From Eledone cirrhosa (taxonomy: Eukaryota), in NCBI GenBank assembly GCA_964016885.1, contig OZ024742.1:49042001-49106000 (forward strand): DNA of 64,000 nt, written 5' to 3'. Below are positions 43,975 through 57,919 of the stretch, piece by piece. The first letter of the stretch is position 1, and each line of letters starts with the position of its first letter. Under the pieces are notes generated by a model. That model saw nothing but the letters and a program-made list of their open reading frames with translations, ran no database searches and was not told the DNA's origin. Made by a program: the position numbers and the translations under genes.

Positions 43975-44110
43975 ACATGGTAACTCATTTCTACAACTGA
44001 GTGAACTATAGCAACGTGAAATAAAGTGTCTTACTCTAGGACACAATGCATCTCCCGGTCCAGAAATCAAATTCACAAACTATCTAACCGTTAAACCACA
44101 CGTCTTCACA
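43975..44110 (-). mobile_element. Second SINE family fragment
   Basis: GAGTGAACT..GCAACGTGAAAT.AAGTGTCTT.CTC.AGGACACAA, the reverse of a widespread tRNA-SINE central motif. Confidence 0.6.
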
Positions 44111-44119
44111 AATATATAT

Positions 44120-44279
<160 letters not shown>

Positions 44280-44299
44280 TGTGTGCTTATTTTCGCCTG

Positions 44300-44840
44300 T
44301 TCCATCTTCCAGCGGAGAGCAAGGGAAAGCAGCTTCCTGATGAGGGCCAGTAGCTCAAATGCATAGACAATGATCTTCCGCTGCTTCTGTTTGAATCCAC
44401 TAAAAGTCGCTGAACTCCAGCCTTTCAATATTCATAGTAAGGCTTTCAAAATGTTTATTTATTAAACACACTGTATATTTTTATATACACGAAATTCACA
44501 TACATGGCTTTATACTGCTATGGCGAAGCAAAACTTTAATTCTACTATTAAGTTGAGCCAACTTATACAACCTCATATGCAATCAGCCCACCTACACAGG
44601 CGAAAAACTATATATTATATTTTCAACAGTTTCAAGTTCCAGCTGAGAGCAAAGAGAACATTGTCTTGGTGAGAGCCAGTAACGCGAAATTTAGAGACAC
44701 TTATCCCTCGTTGCTCCTGCTGGAATCCGCTAGACGGTGCTGGCTGTCAACCTTTCACTGTTCATAGCTGGGCTTTCAAAATGTTTATTTATTAAAGATA
44801 CTGTATAACTTTATATATGTAAAATTCACTTACACATATA
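44300..44840 (+). repeat. Two diverged ~210-bp copies at ~330-bp spacing, each with a degenerate HHR-like motif
   Basis: TTCCAGC.GAGAGCAA..CCTGATGAGGGCCAGTAGCTCAAAT versus CTTGGTGAGAGCCAGTAACGCGAAAT..GGCTTTCAAAATGTTTATTTATTAAA. Confidence 0.7.
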
Positions 44841-44899
44841 TATTCATGCATTTGTATAGTATAGTAACGGCAGACTTTACAACACGACATGATTTCGTA

Positions 44900-45480
44900 G
44901 ATTTAAAGTTGATGCATGAAACTTCCAGATGTGAAGGTCTCTATTTTCTCCGTGGGGCCAAAACAGTTATGAGTGCCTTCGATTTTCTCTACCGCATGAT
45001 ACTGGATAGTGCACTAGCTATGCTAGGATTTCTCAACGGACTTATTGAAGATCAGACAAACTCGATTGTAATACATTAATAATGTCCTATTCCCCTACAA
45101 AATTCCTATGCATACCTTCTAAGAATAGAAAATGTAATGAAAACGCGAACAATACATTAACTTCATGAAAATGAACGGATTGAACAATGGAGAACTGAAA
45201 GAAATGTTAAGTACGGCCAAGCGATATGTGATGATATATTATAACATTATGAGTTTCGCTTACTAAGCAAAGGACGTATGTTCGTACGCTTCAATGAACT
45301 GGAAGATGAAAGGTAATTTTTCATAGTTGCAAAAGGCATTCGCATTACTGAAATGGAGGATCAAATTCGTTATATTATTTGACATTTTGTAGATATCACT
45401 AACCATATAAAAGAAATAAGTTTGAAATTATGAGGGCAGAATCATTTAATTACCTCTCATCTTGCCAATGTCAGAAGTTT
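44900..45480 (+). pseudogene. hAT (SPIN/GTF2IRD2-like) transposase fossil
   Basis: DSALAMLG (DGAPAM-like), INFMKMNGLN, EFRLLSKGRMFVRFNEL (EVRWLSRG-like), DITNH..LKL*GQ. Confidence 0.6.
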
Positions 45481-46611
45481 AGGATCAATGATGCAATTGT
45501 TTGTAAATCAACTGAAAATAAAACAAAAGCCAAACCCTGCATGATCCATGATCCATGAGCGAAAGAACAAAAACTAGAATCAATGGTTGTGGATATGCTA
45601 CAGAGTGTTTCAATCTTTTGAAACACTTACGAAAAAGTTTTTAACAAAATCATGCGCCCGAATTACGAATATCAAAGATTCATTTTATGTGATTCTTGCT
45701 GAAACACCTAATTCCTTACAAGTTGAGTTCTTTTATTTAAAATAAAATAATACTATGCTATCGAAAGTTAATGGTTTAACTATTTCCGAATTTATAGATC
45801 ATATAGAGAGATGGAATAACACCCCCTTTTATGGACTAACGCAGTTAAATATATATCGATGGTTCTGGATGTTTACTGATGTCAATAGCCAGTTCCTCGA
45901 CACTACATTTACTCAATAATAATTTGCCTGCCAAACGCATTGATAATAATCTTGCAAACTAAATCCTGAATCAGCAACATTCCTGAGCTTTCCACAACCA
46001 AGGCAGAACCTTATTTAACAAATTAGAAACATTATATTCTGTGCCGCCTTTGATATTTTCGTTATTTTAATCACTATAACTATCTGGTTTGTAAGTTTCG
46101 ATCAAAATATATATAATCACCACATCCTCAACTCATCAACTATTTCAAATAGGCAGTATTGAAGAAGACAAAGATTAAATACATTAGATGAAAGTGAAAG
46201 GAATTGGTTTAATGATTGTTATCATTAAAATCCCTACCATGAATAAGCGCTGTCTTCAGGCTGTATTAGAATGGAATTCACTGGAACATATAATGGAGTT
46301 GCTTATCAGCAGGAAGGAAGTGCACCTTAATAACGTTTGTAGCCACATGACACGGTATAGTTACATCACATTTTCAGTATAGGAAGTTTCGTATGTGAAG
46401 CTTGAGTAGCCCTGGTAACATGAGACAATAAAGCGTGTAACAGCGACTATAATTTAATGCATGTCTCTGTAAGAATGCTCGAAACAAGAATAATACCATA
46501 ACTTCTAGAGATAATTGATAGACAAAAATTGCATCTCTTTCAGTGTTAATCAAGAAATAAAAAGACATGCATTAGTTGTTACGAATAGCTATTGTGAAGG
46601 TCGAACTAAAT

Positions 46612-47117
46612 CGAACCAATGTTGAAGTAAATGAACCGGCGGAGGTCACCAGCATCGAAGCCATGCTGCTAAGGTCCTAATTGAGCTGGTTAGAGTACGT
46701 CTCCAGAATGAACGATCATTGCCTGTCGAGAATCATGCTATACGGTGAACTCACCAGTGGGTATCACGACAGGAGGCACCAACAAATCGATACAAGGGAT
46801 ATTTTGAATTTATCCCTTAATGCTAGCCACATCGAACGGTGCTGGTGTCCACCCTAGCTGAGAACCGTGATGCCTGGCGTCATACCATAAACCATGCTGT
46901 CACCTGCTTCAAAAACACCCGCTGAACCACCATCGAGAACCAGAGGCACGGGAGGAAGAACCACAACACCAAGTCATAAACCCTGTCCAGACGTTCAGCT
47001 GCTACCGCTGCGGCCGTGATTGCCTTCCCGCATTGGCCTGAACAACCACGTGTATGCCTGCAGTCAACGTGGACCCCCACACCATTCGTTCGCGAAGCCA
47101 AGCCATGATGATGAAGA
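46612..47117 (+). pseudogene. RTE-clade LINE 3' fragment
   Basis: TNVEV..SIEAMLL..VSRM..MLYGEL..RYKD..LAENRDAWR..FSCYRCGRDC..IGLNNH; (TGA)n tail. Confidence 0.85.
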
Positions 47118-47155
47118 TATACACACACTTATATATATACGCATATATTTATATA

Positions 47156-47875
47156 TTAGCATTAAAGCCCGGCGTTGCTCGGTGTCATTAAGTTACCAAA
47201 GTTAGGTTGCACCACCCATTTTATGGCAGCACTTTTTTGTCTGCCAGGCACTGGGTGAATCAATTGCAGACGTGGAAGCAGGAGCTGCGCCAGCAGTGAC
47301 AATTGTAGTTTCGCCTATGGATATTATCTCTGTGCAAAAAAGTGTTGAAATGTATTGTTTCACAGTACTTGCGCAACACGCGCGTAGACGATGCCAGCCG
47401 AACAACAGAGCTGCGATGGAGTTGTTCTGCATGGTTGTCTGTGTGTTTTCTAAATTTAAGACAGTGGGGAATGGTGTGGGGAGGGGGATGTTATGGGGGA
47501 GAGTTAGCTGCTGTTTCTAGCAGGTTTAGTAACCTCATAGAGGATATGTGTTTTCTAAATTTAAGACAGTAGGGAGTGGTGTGAACGGACAGTATCACCA
47601 TCAAGCTTGGAAAGAGAAAGTAGCAGAAAGTATGAAGTTGTATAGATTTTGAATGGTAGTGGAAAGAGTTCAGCAGTTTAAATGAGAGAGAAAAAATCGT
47701 AAAATATTGAGTTTTATCTATTTTTGGCGTAATTGTGGGTGAAATTGAAAATATTATCTGCGTCAAGACGCAATCGAAACTATTTCGAATACTGAATTGT
47801 AAATTTCAATTGAAGAAATTCTATATCGTAGATTTCTATAACGAAGGAGCATGACCACACACTGAACTTTATAGA
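47156..47875 (-). mobile_element. Non-autonomous Helitron (diverged)
   Basis: Plus strand A|TTAGCATTAAAGCCCGGCGTTGCTCGG is the reverse of the hairpin-plus-CTRR end seen at 21554-21581; TTTATAGA|T is the candidate 5' TC end. Confidence 0.6.
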
Positions 47876-48499
47876 TTATGATGATATAGCATACATGCAT
47901 ACATACAGACAGACGTGCAAATAGAAATATATACATATATACATACCTACATTCATACATACATACATACAAACTAGTGTGAAGGAGAGGTGTAAATATA
48001 TATACTGATAAATAAATAGAGACTTAGGAAGAAATATAAAGAAAGGCAGCTCGATATACCGAGGTGGGTGGAGAGAAAGTGAGGGAAAACAAATATATGA
48101 TAGCTCCTGGGGACACTTATGATGAATGAGTGACATATATCACATGTCATCCGTTTCGAAAGAAAACATGATGGAAAACACGGTATTCTCTTTGATGTAT
48201 TGAGGACATGCCAAGCCGTATTTGTTTATATAATAGAGAGAGAAAATATTCCTCCTATCCTTTGAGAAACGGTAATACATGTCACTAAATTCTCATTTAC
48301 ATTCTTCTACTTAACATGTAGTTCAATATATTAAGAACTTATTACGTATGGTGTCCAGTATCTCACACACATTCACGCATTCACACATATACAAATTTCC
48401 GTATATATATGGGTGGGTGTGCGTGCGTGCGCGCGCGCGTGTGTATGTATATAAACCTTTGTTTGTACTGCCTCTCTGTTTTTGTTCCCGTCCCAGTTT

Positions 48500-48834
<335 letters not shown>

Positions 48835-48889
48835 CATATATGCGCACGCACGCACACACACACATTCAAACACATAATATATATATAGA

Positions 48890-49303
48890 GAGACTTTTTT
48901 CTCTTTTAAATAACCCTTAAGCGTTGGCTTTGCATAAACCGCGAACAGCTGAAGTTTGTGTCAGTTAACTCTTATATATTATAAATTTAGCCCCAACACC
49001 ACTTGTGGTTTCTTTCAACAGTAGATGTTTGTTGTTATTTGTCATTTAACAAACATAACATCTATATATATATATATATATATATATATGGGGGGGGGGG
49101 GTTACTGTATATATATATATATGTATGTATATATATTGATGTTAAGTGTGTTAAATGACAAATAACAGCAAACATCTACTGTTGAAAGAAAGTGGTGTTG
49201 GGGCGAAATTTATAATATATAAGAGTTAACTGACACAAACTTCAGCTGTTTGCGGTTTATGCAAAGCCAACGCTTAAGGGTTATTTAAAAGAGAAAAAAG
49301 TCT
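48890..49303. repeat. Fold-back with ~170-bp arms around a (TA)n/G-run spacer
   Basis: 48890-49062 is the reverse complement of 49138-49303; degenerate CTGTTGA..GAAA motif. Confidence 0.85.
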
Positions 49304-49318
49304 ATATATATATTATAT

Positions 49319-49436
<118 letters not shown>

Positions 49437-49450
49437 CGTGCTCATATATA

Positions 49451-49492
<42 letters not shown>

Positions 49493-49495
<3 letters not shown>

Positions 49496-50787
49496 GGTGG
49501 GGAATAATTCCTGTTACAAAGTTTTAAATCAATTTAAAAATACATTATGTTGCTAATATAACTAATATATGTGTATCAAATCTATGCACTATAACCATAT
49601 TAACTATTTTTCAGAACATTACTCTATTAAGAATTTGCAATGTCCATAGAATTGAAAAGAAACTTCATTGTAGAGAAGCATGAAAAAGGCCTGACTCAAC
49701 CCAAGATATTTAAACTGGGGAAAATTCTTAAGATCAATAGAATGTTGATCAAAAGGACAATCGATCGATTTAAGGAGACCAAAGACAGGCCTCAATCCGG
49801 ACGCCCTCGCACCTCAAGAACACCAAAACTCGTTAAAAGTATGAGGGAAAAAATAAGGCGTAATCCAAGAAGGTCCATGAGAAAAATGGCAGAAGAAGCA
49901 GAAACATCGCTGAGAACTATGCGGAGGATATGTCGAGATGATCTGGGAATATCACCCTATAAGTTACAAAAGAGGCAGCTTCTTTCTGCAGCCGCAATTG
50001 AAAAGAGGCTCTCCAGAAGTAAACTGTTATTGAACCGCATCAAGGATGGCACGCTGCAAAACATCATCTTTACAGATGAGAAGTTATTCACTGTTCAGCA
50101 GTCTCACACTCATCAAAATGATCGAGTACTTGCAAAAAGTCTCAAATCAATTCCTTCAAGTGTAGGAAAAGTGTTCAGAACACAGAAACCAGCATCAGTG
50201 ATAGTTTGGGCAGCCATTTCTGAAAGAGGGAAGTCTCCTCTGATTTTTGTGCCTCAAAGAGTTAGAATTAACAAAGAACTTTGCATAAAGGATATTTTGG
50301 AAGGATCACTGATGCCATGGTGCATATATGTTTATGGCGATGACATTTGGTCTCTCCAACAAGATGGAGCGACAATCCACACTGCTTGGGTAACACATCA
50401 GTGGTGTAGAGACCATTGTCCTGCATGGATCAGTAAGGAAGAGTGGCCTCCCACATCACCAGATCTCAATCCTCTCGATTTTTCTTTATGGTCAATTCTT
50501 GAGAGTGAAGCCTGCTCTACTCCTAGCCAAAATATTGAAACTCTAAAATGAAAACTGAATAAAGTATGGGAGAAAATACCCATGGAAACTGTTCGTGCAG
50601 CCATCGAAGACTTTCCTAGAAGTCTTCGAGCAGTAGTGAGAGCTAGAACAAAGCATTTCGAATAAATTGTTGTACAGTTGTTTAATAGTATATTACTTAC
50701 TATTTGCTGAAGTCAGATCTTGAAATAAATGTTTTTTTCAAGAACTATTTGCATTTTATTTTGTAACAGTTTATATGCCCCACCTTG
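49493..50787 (+). mobile_element. Tc1/mariner DNA transposon, DD37D (maT) family
   Basis: Imperfect TIRs CAGGGTGGGGAATAATTCCTGTTACAAA and TTTGTAACAGTTTATATGCCCCACCTTG; inserted in (TA)n. Confidence 0.92.
49640..50665 (+). pseudogene. DD37D transposase with one premature TGA at 50549-50551
   Basis: SGRPR, FTDEKLF, QQDGA-(37 aa)-SPDLNPLDF; the frame continues KVWEKIP..HFE* after the stop. Confidence 0.92.
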
Positions 50788-51104
50788 TGTATATATATCT
50801 ATATATATATAAACGGAAAAAATGAAACGAAATTTCATTTCTCACTCTTAGTACAGCTGTTACTTAAATATAAGTATGTATAAGTACATACATATATGTT
50901 TACAAACACACCGAGCATTATAATAAATGTTCGGTGAATCCATACGTACATATATATATATGTGTGCATGTATGTATATATATATATATACATTCTACTA
51001 TACGTCTGTATACATATATGTATGTACGTATACATACTTATATATATATATATATATAAAATAAAATAAACAAGTCGAATATTTAAAATTTGGCTTCGTT
51101 TATT

Positions 51105-51159
51105 ACTGCTATATATATTTCGGTGACAGCCATCTTTGGCTGTGACCTCTTCAGGCAGT
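51105..51159 (-). ncRNA. Type-I hammerhead ribozyme, complete
   Basis: Reverse complement of 53962-54016. Confidence 0.85.
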
Positions 51160-52869
51160 CCGAATTGGTGTGGTAGAGACGGGTACACATGTTGTTGAGG
51201 TGTTTAACTCCGTCAATATTCCGATATGCCCAGTTCCTGGTTGGGTTGTTATTTCTCTGAGGAACTGGAATCATATGATTCGAACAAACGAATTTTAGCG
51301 TCAAAGGACACCCTCTTCTCCCATTGGTCAGTTGTGAGAACATTCCTCAGTCAAAAGTCTATAGAAATTCTTTCTGAGGCGAGGCAATCTGTAGTGGTTG
51401 TTTTTGTTAAGTACAGCTGACCTCCTTTCTTATGTTTGTAGTGGTGTTGGTGTTGGGGTCAGCTTACGTCCGGCTGCTGCTATTTTTAGAAGAATGTGTG
51501 TGTGTGTGCGTTGGAATCTATCCTGCCACCATTTCTCGTGATGGTGGTGGGGGGGGGGGGGCTGTGCCAAGCAGATGAAGAAATAAGATAAAGTTAAATG
51601 GGGAAATAAAGAATATAAGGCAATAAAATGAAGAAAATAAAAAATATAAAAATGAAAAATAAAATGAAAAGGTTAAAAACTAAAAAAATAAAAGAATAAA
51701 ATAAAGAAATAAAAAAGTTAAAAAAAAATAAATAAAAAAAATAGAAAAAAATAAATAAAAAAATAATAAAATAGTAAAAGGAATAAGATAATAACAGAAG
51801 AAAATAAAATAATCAAATAAAATGCGTGTGTGTTATAACCAATCTCAGTTTGAAAGATTTGGAAGATATTGACCGAAGTAGAAAGGCTGTGTGTCAGAAT
51901 GAAAAATTGCAAAGGATCACAATCTTTACATTATCATGGTGTGGTGTGTTTTAAGAGCAAATGAGACAAGGGTGGAGTGTAAAACACAGAACCCAAGTGT
52001 TACAATCCGGAAATAAAAGAATAAAATAAAGAAATAAAAGAGTAAAATAAAATAAAAGAATAAAATAAAAAAATAAAATAAAATAAAATGCGTGTGTGTT
52101 ATAACCAATCTCAAAGTTTGAAAGATTTGGAAGATATTGACCGAAGTAGAAAGGCTGTGTCAGAATCAATATTTACACTATCATGGTGTGGTGCGTTTTA
52201 AGAGCAAATAAGACAAGAGTGGTGTGTAAAACCCCAGAACCCGAGTGTTAAAATCCGGAAATGCAGAGGACTACAGTTCCCATTTTGGCATAGAGCACAT
52301 ATCCGTGTATGTCAACTCATATCGTTCCAAGCACATACGCACAGGCACAGGCCCAGGTGCATCTCCTAAGCACACACCTACACACCCACACACACACACA
52401 TTATAAACCCACACAGACACCCACATACACACACGTACACACACACACCCTCATGCACACGCACATACACCCACCCCCCCACACACATGTAAGTATCAGT
52501 GCATGTACAATCTTAAATAACAGTGTCTATGTATGAACATATGCATAAGTATGTGTTGTCACAGGAGTTGATCGAGACAGAGGTAGGGTGTGGTTTACCG
52601 TGGGCTCGGTGTGGTGGGGCTGCTGTCCTTATAGCTAGAGGGAAGTTCCTATCCCAATGTTTTGTTATTGTCCATATAGCTTGAGGAAGGTCCCGGCATT
52701 GAGGTGTCTGCATGTCCCGGAGGAGATCCTATAGCTTGAGGGGGTTCCCATCCTAATGTGTTGTTATTGTCCATATAGCTTGAGGGAGATCCCGGCCCTG
52801 AGGTGTCAACATGTTCTGGAGAAGTCCCTATAGCTTCAGGGAAGTTCCCATCCCAGCGTATTGTTACTG

Positions 52870-53250
52870 TCCATATAGCTTGAGGTGTCTACATGTCCCG
52901 AAGAAGTCAGTCCTGAGGTTTATCAGGCTGCTTCCACCTCTTAGTATCTCGAGGGTCTCGCTCAGACATAGTTTGCAGATGCCAGATCCCCCTTTATCAG
53001 GGGGTACTTTCCTGATTGTAGGCTAGGCCAGAGATTACGGGGTCCTGTCCAGCTTGAGCTTCCAGATCAGTTAGGAAAGAGCCATACTTTTCCTTTTGTC
53101 CTCCCTATTGAAGGAATGTCGATGGTTATACCATCGGTCTTTAAAGCTCATTGTTGTGGCTCCTATGTAAAGGTGTTCAGAGTTGGGGGTTTTTACTCTA
53201 CATCCGTATATTAGGTTCTTCCTAAGGCATTCATTACTAAGGGGGCATAT
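52870..53250 (-). pseudogene. GIY-YIG endonuclease remnant (absent from the ORF track)
   Basis: CPLSNECLRKNLIYGCRV..YIGATTMSFKDRWYNHRHSF..ALS*LIWKLK..CKLCLSETLEI..GTCRH. Confidence 0.85.
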
Positions 53251-53961
53251 CTTATTCCTTTTACTATTTTATTATTTTTTATTTGTTTTTATTTTATTTT
53301 ATTTTATTTTATTTTACTTTTTTATTTGTTTATTTTATTCTTTTATTTTTTTAGTTTTTTACCTTTCATTTTATTTTTCTCTTCATTTTATTATTTGTTT
53401 TATTTTCATTTTAGTTTTTACTTTTCATTTTATTTTTCTCTTCATTTTATTATTTTTTTTATTTTCTTCATTTTATTGCCTTATATTCTTTTATTTCCCC
53501 ATGTTACTTTATCTTATTTCTTCATCTGCTTGGCACAACCCCCCACCCCCCACCCCACCACCACCACCACCACCTCCACCGCGAAAAATGGTGGCAGGAT
53601 AGATTCCAACACACACACACACAAATTCTTCTAAAAATAGCAGCAGCCGGACGTAAGCTGACCCCAGCACCAACACCACTACCAACATAAGGAAGGAGGT
53701 CAGCTGTACTTAACAAAAACAACCACTACAGATTGCCTCGCCTCAGAAAGAATTTCTATAGACTTTTGACTGAGGAATGTTCTCACAACTGACCAATGGG
53801 AAGAGTGAGTGTCCTTTGACGCTAAAATTCGTTTGTTCGAATTCATATGATTCCAGATCCTCAGAGAAATAACAACCCAACCAGGAACTGGGCATATAGG
53901 AATGTTAACGGAGTTAAACACCTCAACAACATGTGTACCCGTCTCTACCACACCAATTCGG

Positions 53962-54016
53962 ACTGCCTGAAGAGGTCACAGCCAAAGATGGCTGTCACCG
54001 AAATATATATAGCAGT
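53962..54016 (+). ncRNA. Type-I hammerhead ribozyme, complete
   Basis: ACTGC-CTGAAGA-GGTCACAGCCA(aaga)TGGCTGTCACC-GAAA-TATATA-TA-GCAGT; predicted cleavage after 54011. Confidence 0.85.
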
Positions 54017-54275
54017 AATAAACGAAGCCAAATTTAAAATATTTGACTTATTTCTTTTATTTTACACTACTCTGAAGTAACCAAACCAACCTGCGCACTT
54101 CGTCGAGTGCTCTAATCTGCATACTGAGGTGTCGGTAAACAACCAACATATACTTAAAATATATATATATATATACATGTACATATATATGCGCACGCGC
54201 ACACACACACACATATAATATATATAGAGATACATATATAATATATATATACATACACACACGCGCGCGCGCGCA

Positions 54276-54309
<34 letters not shown>

Positions 54310-54542
54310 TATATATATGTAAATATGCATATATCTATACGCGTATCTGCATGTGTTTATACAATGACGAAATGTGGTACAGAAAGAATAATATAAGATA
54401 GACCATGTTTATTTTTGTGAGTAACCAACAGCACTTGCTCTTTTCATTATCTCTAGTTCACATAGGTACAGATATACAGAAATATATATATACTCCTTAC
54501 ACCCACACGCACAGACTAACACACAGACACACACACACACAC

Positions 54543-54623
<81 letters not shown>

Positions 54624-54769
54624 TATATATATAATATGTAAAAGGATTATGGATAAAAACCTTTTAACCCCCTGTCACCGCCAGGCGGCATGTCTAGGAT
54701 AATTTTAAACCTGGTGGAGCCCAACCATTTCCAGGTCTGAACGCAGATGATTTTTTCTACAGATGAAGA

Positions 54770-54905
54770 ATCGACACCAGTACTGGACTGCTACTCTATT
54801 TGTCGACCTCGAAAGGATGAAAAGCAAAGTTGACCCCGGTGGTGTTTGAACTCAGAGCGCGCAATGAGGTGGGACAAACACTGTAAAGCATTCTATCCGA
54901 CCTCT
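54770..54905 (-). mobile_element. Diverged tRNA-type SINE
   Basis: GTCGACCTCGAAAGGATGAAAAGCAAAGTTGACCCCGG..TTTGAACTCAGA (reverse B-box). Confidence 0.75.
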
Positions 54906-54919
54906 TATTATACACACAT

Positions 54920-54965
<46 letters not shown>

Positions 54966-54970
<5 letters not shown>

Positions 54971-57375
54971 TGGGGAGGGTCATATTTGTGTAATAATATT
55001 GCCAGAATTAATAACAGAACACACTCATTGTTTGGTTGGTTTTCGCTTCTGTGTCTTTTATATCGGTTAATTTAATTTATTCGGTCCTCAATGTTGCCAT
55101 TGACTGACCCACGGTCAAAAATACAGATACAATATAGACACAAACACATATATATAGTCTATCAAAGTTCTTTCGTTGCACATCTGCAACTTCGTCAGTG
55201 TTGCTATTATGTTTCCTCCCGTTGCATTGTATGCTTACGCCATCTTTATTTAGTCTGTTTATTTATTTGTTTATTTTTTTGTCTTCTCTGCGCATGCGTT
55301 TGCGTGTGTGTATATTGTTTTGTTTGATGTGTGGTCGTGTTTGGGTTACTGTGTATTGGTTAATGTATTCTATCTTAGTTTACTAGTGTGTGTTTATATG
55401 TGTTTGTTGTTATTGTACTTGTGTATGTATGTATTTATTTATTTATTTATTTATACTTCTCTTAGGTCAGTGTTGTTTGTTTGGGTGTTGTTGTTATTCC
55501 AGTCATTTTTTCTATTTAGCCTTGGCCTTCTAAGTTCTATTTCGCTGGCCTCTCTGATTTGTCTATCTGCTAGGTCATTTTTATGTTTAGATATTATTCT
55601 AACTTCTATGTTGTCTATGTTACCGTTGTGTTGTTGTCTAGCATGTTCGTATAGTACTGAACCGTTTTTTTTCGTCCTTTTAGTTCCCCCCGTGTTGGTC
55701 TATCCTTTCACCTATGCTACGAGCTGTCTCGCCTATGTATGTTGTTGTCATGTTTCTGCAAGTACCCTCTGTACATCTTATGCTATAGACTACGTTTCTA
55801 GTTTTACAGGTTACCCGGGGGTTTACTCTACATATGATACATTTCCTATTAGTACAGTGGGTTTTCTTAAAAGGGTAGGTTTTGCTGATCAGGGATTTTA
55901 TGGTGGTTCCTGGCTTTTCTACCACCTTAATCTTTAAGTGGGTCTTTCTACACTGGTTAGCTAATTTCCCTCCAGGGGTAGCGTCCACAAACATGACACT
56001 CTGGTATCTTTGGTTGTCGTACCATGAGGTGGCTTTCCCTATCTTATGTCTAGTCCTATCTAAGCTATTCCATGATTTGCTCCTGTATAATTGGCAAATT
56101 CCTTTCATGTCCAGTTCTATGAGGGTCTTATACTTCTCCGTGGCTCCTTCGTATACTGATTCTGTCTCTTTGGTTGTAGCCAGAGAACTGCATGCGGTTG
56201 ATGAAGTGTTGGATGTGTCTTTCCATTTCTGTTGGGTCGCATATGCGGGACACGTTCTTCATCACTCGAACCAAGTCTGCGATCAGAATATTAAACTTAG
56301 CACTACTGGACATTGCTGAGTTTTTGAGTATCAGGTATTTGGAGGCCATGGGTTTAGCATAATGTGAGTGGAGAATTTGGGCTCTCTCGTCTATAGCGTT
56401 AATCCAGAGTTCCGTGTCTAATACAGGTTGTCTACAGAGGTAGTCTACTGTTAGGGTGTTTGGAAGGGTAGTCGATCGTTACAGTTATACTCTGGTGTAT
56501 GGAATTAGCTATCTGCTGGATGATTTCCATTGTGCTACGTTCTAAATCAAACTTGTTAGTGCTCTGTTGTGGGGATGTCCTTATTACTATATTGATGTCG
56601 TCTACGTAACGAGAGTACATGATGAGGTCTATGGAGCTCTAATCAAGGAGATCTTTGAGTCTCCTTTCCCACCATACTATAAAAAGGTTGGCAACGTCAC
56701 CAGCTATGCTGACGCCAATGGCTGCTCCCTCATTTTGGGTGTAGATCTTCTCGTTGAACTTGAATATGTGGCCCTTTAGGGTAGTTTTGATACTAGCCCC
56801 TATTGCATGTGCGACCATTTTTCTTACCTGATCATTGTTTTGGGGGGCCCGTATAGCTTTGGTCCACCGAATCCACCTTCCCATGGGAGTCTTTTTTGCC
56901 ATTGAGGTTATGGTGTGGGGGGGGGGTCTACCTCTTATGGGTCTACTGGGGCAGAAACGTCTAAGGTCATGACTGTCTAGGTAGTCAGTGTCATAGGTAA
57001 GTCTAAGTAGGAGGCCCAGTTCAAATGTGTCGACATTGCAGAACTCCACCTCACTCTCAATGATCATCTCCACACATTTTTCCACAGCAACATCAATGTT
57101 AATGGATGGGTACAGTGATACCACATCCATACTGCCTATTATGCAGTTGGATAGGTTCCTGTTTTAGTTGCACTCACTGATTCTGCTGAGGAGGTCCTCT
57201 GTACTATCACATACATCTGGGGACATCTTGATTATGGTGCGTATAACCATTGAGAGGAAGTAGGAGATCCTGTAGTTGCTAGCTATATTTTCTCCGCATA
57301 CATGTCTTGTTGGTGGTCCTGTTGTCGGGTCGTCGACTGTCTTGTGGTCTTTGCGGAGCCCATACAAGGGTGGTA
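54966..57375 (-). mobile_element. Second copy of the 9910-13418 PLE family (frameshifted, no inverted arm)
   Basis: Colinear with 9973-12405; MDVVSLYPSI, YSRYVDD, YIGET; HHR-like core at ~55163-55205. Confidence 0.93.
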
Positions 57376-57919
57376 GTAATAACGGTAACAATACGAATAA
57401 CAACAACAACAACCACAGTGGTAATAATAAAAATAATATATGTAGCAACATTAATGATAGACACAACAAAAACAAGAAACTTATTAAAAGTAACAACCAC
57501 AATGGTATAACTATATACATAACATTAAACAATGAAGTTAAGTTGAATCAATAAATTAATTCATTGATTTCCGAACGTTTCAAAGGATAAAATGATCAAT
57601 GCGGTTTCGAGTCTCGTGGTATAGAATTTCATAACTAACATCGATTCGTATGTATGATATATGGATAATTTTGCTCTTTGAAACGATCGTAAAACAATGT
57701 ATTAATTAACTAATTCACCTCATCTCATTCTTTCATTGTTGAACATTATATATTCGACTCGATACTGAAACAATATGTTCGGAGATGCCATATTTCCACT
57801 AGAACTTATTTCATTTTGCTTCGATGGGATATTCACATCAGCACTTCATCAAGTTTTAAAATGCCCATAAATCTTATCTTGGTTAGGTAAAACACTAGTA
57901 ACTATATTTATATATTCGT

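Larger units (their letters stand above)
51058..54065 (-). mobile_element. Penelope-like element truncated to GIY-YIG plus a long 3' UTR, with a ~0.8-kb inverted terminal duplication
   Basis: 51058-~51795 is the reverse complement of ~53252-54065; internal ~260-bp and ~99-bp tandem repeats. Confidence 0.88.
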
